Positions 62,253-63,841 of a stretch of DNA of 63,841 nt are shown in pieces (positions within the stretch are counted from its first letter, which is position 1; each line of letters starts with the position of its first letter). The position numbers and the translations under genes are program-made. Under the pieces are notes generated by a model. That model ran no database searches. It was not told the origin of the DNA and saw only the letters and a program-made list of their open reading frames with translations. The DNA is from Minisyncoccota bacterium (GTDB taxonomy: Bacteria; Patescibacteriota; Minisyncoccia; Phycocordibacterales; JACOZG01). The stretch is from positions 1-63,841 of the forward strand of contig JAGVGK010000005.1 of NCBI GenBank assembly GCA_020057185.1. Reading direction: 5' to 3'.

Positions 62253-63841
62253 TCAAGGAGTGGGTGCGGGAGCAATTTCAATGGTAGGTTCAGGCGCTGG
62301 AATCGGCTCGGGGATAGGAACCACTTCCGGTGTCGAAGTTGCCTCGGATTCAGGTTCGGGGGTTGGAATTATTTCTTCGGGAGTGGAAGTGGCTTCAGGT
62401 TCCGGTTCAGGAACAGGTTCTGGCAAGGGTTCAGGCGTAACCTCTGGCGGAGATTCTGGAGCAGGTGGTGGTGGCGACGGTACCAGTTGTCCGTTCTTCA
62501 TCTGCAATAGCGTGCGAATATCCTCTTTGGTCAAACATTGATCGTCCACGCAAATCTTCTCCTTGGCGCGGAAAGTGTTGGCAAATAAATCACCGATTCC
62601 ATTAGTGACATCCGCGAACCAACCGGTCACCCGCGTAAATAGATTGCCGAAAAATCCTTGAGCGAATAACTCTGAATCGGAGGTAGTCGTCGCGGTGGTG
62701 GAAGCCACGGCATCGAGACGCAAACTCAATTCTTGTGTGGCTTTGGTGAGCACCGCTGTTAAATGTTCATAGCGGACGGTATCGGGTTGACCCAGTGAAT
62801 CAATCGTCACTAACCGCGGATCAATTTGTTGCACTTCCTCGGCAATGAAACCAACCCGTTCGCCATTCCAATTTGGGTTAGTTACAAAACCACCAAGATA
62901 TTCCGGTGTGTAGGAATAAGAAACGGGGCGAAGCGCCATAATTTCGGCCAAGCCACCACTGGCGACAATGGCTGGAGTATTTTGAAGTTTTGAAGTTTCC
63001 AATAATCCATCAGGTAAGGTGTCGAGAGTTACTACATTTTGTTTGAACCGAATTGAAGAAGCAGCGCTACAAGTGTTGGCAGTACGAAGAGTCACTTCTT
63101 TAAGATTGGAGAGACAAAGACTATCGCCGGGTGTGCTGGTCGCCGTCAACCCGTCGAAGCCGACCGTGCCAGTAACGGAAAGAGTTCGCCATGGGGTCGT
63201 TGAACCAAAACCGGTATTGACGGCAAAATTAATTTTATCCCCGGCGGTGCCGAAAGTTAAAGTATTCGTGCCTTGTCCGTGAATAGTCGCGGATTCTTCA
63301 AAAACGAGATTAGTGGTCGTCCCCACGGCGCCGATAATAACATCCGAAAGACCATAGCCACCCCCGACGATCACTTGCTCGGCGCCATTAGTCGTATCAA
63401 TTCTAAAAAGTGTGCTACTCGCCCCGCCACCAGTGGTCGTGGCAATAGTCCAAGCGAAGGGACTGTTGGTTTTAATCGTGGTCGTGGCAATCGCTTGGGC
63501 GAAATCCAAACGCCCGCCGGTGATAGCCAACATGCCCGTCGTCGTGGCGTTGGTACTCGTCGCGTTCACCATCACTAAGTTGGTGATCGTTGAAGAAGCG
63601 CTACTAATCAGGATGCCATCACTTGTTGTCAGGGGGGTCAAATAGATACCAGCATCAGTCCAGTTGGAACTACCACCAGTTGGCCAAGTGGTACGACAAG
63701 TGTCACCAGTTAAACAAAGAGTGGTAACGGCAAAATTAGTACTCGTGGCATTCGTCGTCGTACTGTTAATCATCGTCAAGTTGGTGATGGTCGAGGTCGC
63801 GTTGTTGACGAGGACTCCCCCGCTTAATGTGGACAAACCAC
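62253..63841 (-). CDS. Tail-fibre-like surface protein with a peptidase-S74 intramolecular chaperone domain and a C-terminal Pro/Glu-rich tail (5'-truncated by the window edge)
   Basis: SSIRFKQNV, IMALRPVSYSY, RVGFIAEEVQQIDPRLV and VRYEHLTAVLTKATQEL. The frame stays open to position 63841. Confidence 0.8.
   Translation of the reverse strand, partial: GLSTLSGGVLVNNATSTITNLTMINSTTTNATSTNFAVTTLCLTGDTCRTTWPTGGSSNWTDAGIYLTPLTTSDGILISSASSTITNLVMVNATSTNATTTGMLAITGGRLDFAQAIATTTIKTNSPFAWTIATTTGGGASSTLFRIDTTNGAEQVIVGGGYGLSDVIIGAVGTTTNLVFEESATIHGQGTNTLTFGTAGDKINFAVNTGFGSTTPWRTLSVTGTVGFDGLTATSTPGDSLCLSNLKEVTLRTANTCSAASSIRFKQNVVTLDTLPDGLLETSKLQNTPAIVASGGLAEIMALRPVSYSYTPEYLGGFVTNPNWNGERVGFIAEEVQQIDPRLVTIDSLGQPDTVRYEHLTAVLTKATQELSLRLDAVASTTATTTSDSELFAQGFFGNLFTRVTGWFADVTNGIGDLFANTFRAKEKICVDDQCLTKEDIRTLLQMKNGQLVPSPPPPAPESPPEVTPEPLPEPVPEPEPEATSTPEEIIPTPEPESEATSTPEVVPIPEPIPAPEPTIEIAPAPTP

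Noticed and set aside
62220-62541. Plus-strand Gly/Ser/Arg-rich ORFs of 93-96 aa.
   Set aside because: They are the reverse-frame image of the Pro/Glu-rich C-terminal tail of the tail-fibre-like gene.
59366-63841. Possibility that the glycine-rich protein, NYN, ATPase and tail-fibre-like genes form a prophage.
   Set aside because: No integrase, terminase, capsid, portal or att-like repeats are visible in the window. This cannot be excluded beyond the window edge, so it is recorded only as a caveat.

Overview
This window is almost fully coding and strongly strand-biased: about 63 of 67 called CDS are on the minus strand. It appears to come from a small-genome bacterium. Gene content, many short membrane-anchored proteins and frequent TAATG/ATGA start-stop overlaps suggest a Patescibacteria/CPR-like organism, but that is inference only. 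All family calls below come from motifs I recognise by eye and from memory. No searches or computations were run.

Layout:
- 1-9.1 kb: secA, small membrane proteins, a VapBC-like pair, a ubiB-type kinase, a structured GC-rich intergenic RNA candidate, an NYN nuclease, and an O-antigen-ligase/TPR protein.
- 9.2-47.1 kb: a visibly AT-rich surface-glycan island. It holds at least 9 GT-B glycosyltransferases, GT2/GtrA/GT-C parts, 6 methyltransferases and a B12-radical-SAM enzyme. It also holds a complete GDP-heptose pathway with a transaldolase, an E1alpha/E1beta/ADH/kinase block, a Wzx flippase and several epimerases. An AbiEi/AbiEii toxin-antitoxin pair is translationally coupled inside it.
- 47.1-53.6 kb: a VirD4/TraG-like ATPase, a DUF4015-like hydrolase, murC, a PgeF-like gene and murD.
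- 54-60.5 kb: a cohesin/dockerin surface-protein operon and a glycine-rich secreted protein.
- 60.5-63.8 kb: a coupled AAA-ATPase (COG1373-like) + NYN nuclease cassette, and a tail-fibre-like protein with a peptidase-S74 chaperone domain, 5'-truncated by the window edge.

Most unusual observations:
- Short repeat elements sit in-frame inside unrelated genes, including murD. They are five-unit TAGCTTN heptamer arrays and a 22-nt palindrome.
- The ATPase+NYN two-gene cassette has its own promoter and palindrome.
- Several operon heads have an extended -10 element directly in front of the start codon, which suggests leaderless mRNAs.
- E1alpha/beta occurs without E2/E3 inside a sugar cluster.

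I saw no rRNA, tRNA, CRISPR array, transposase or integrase.
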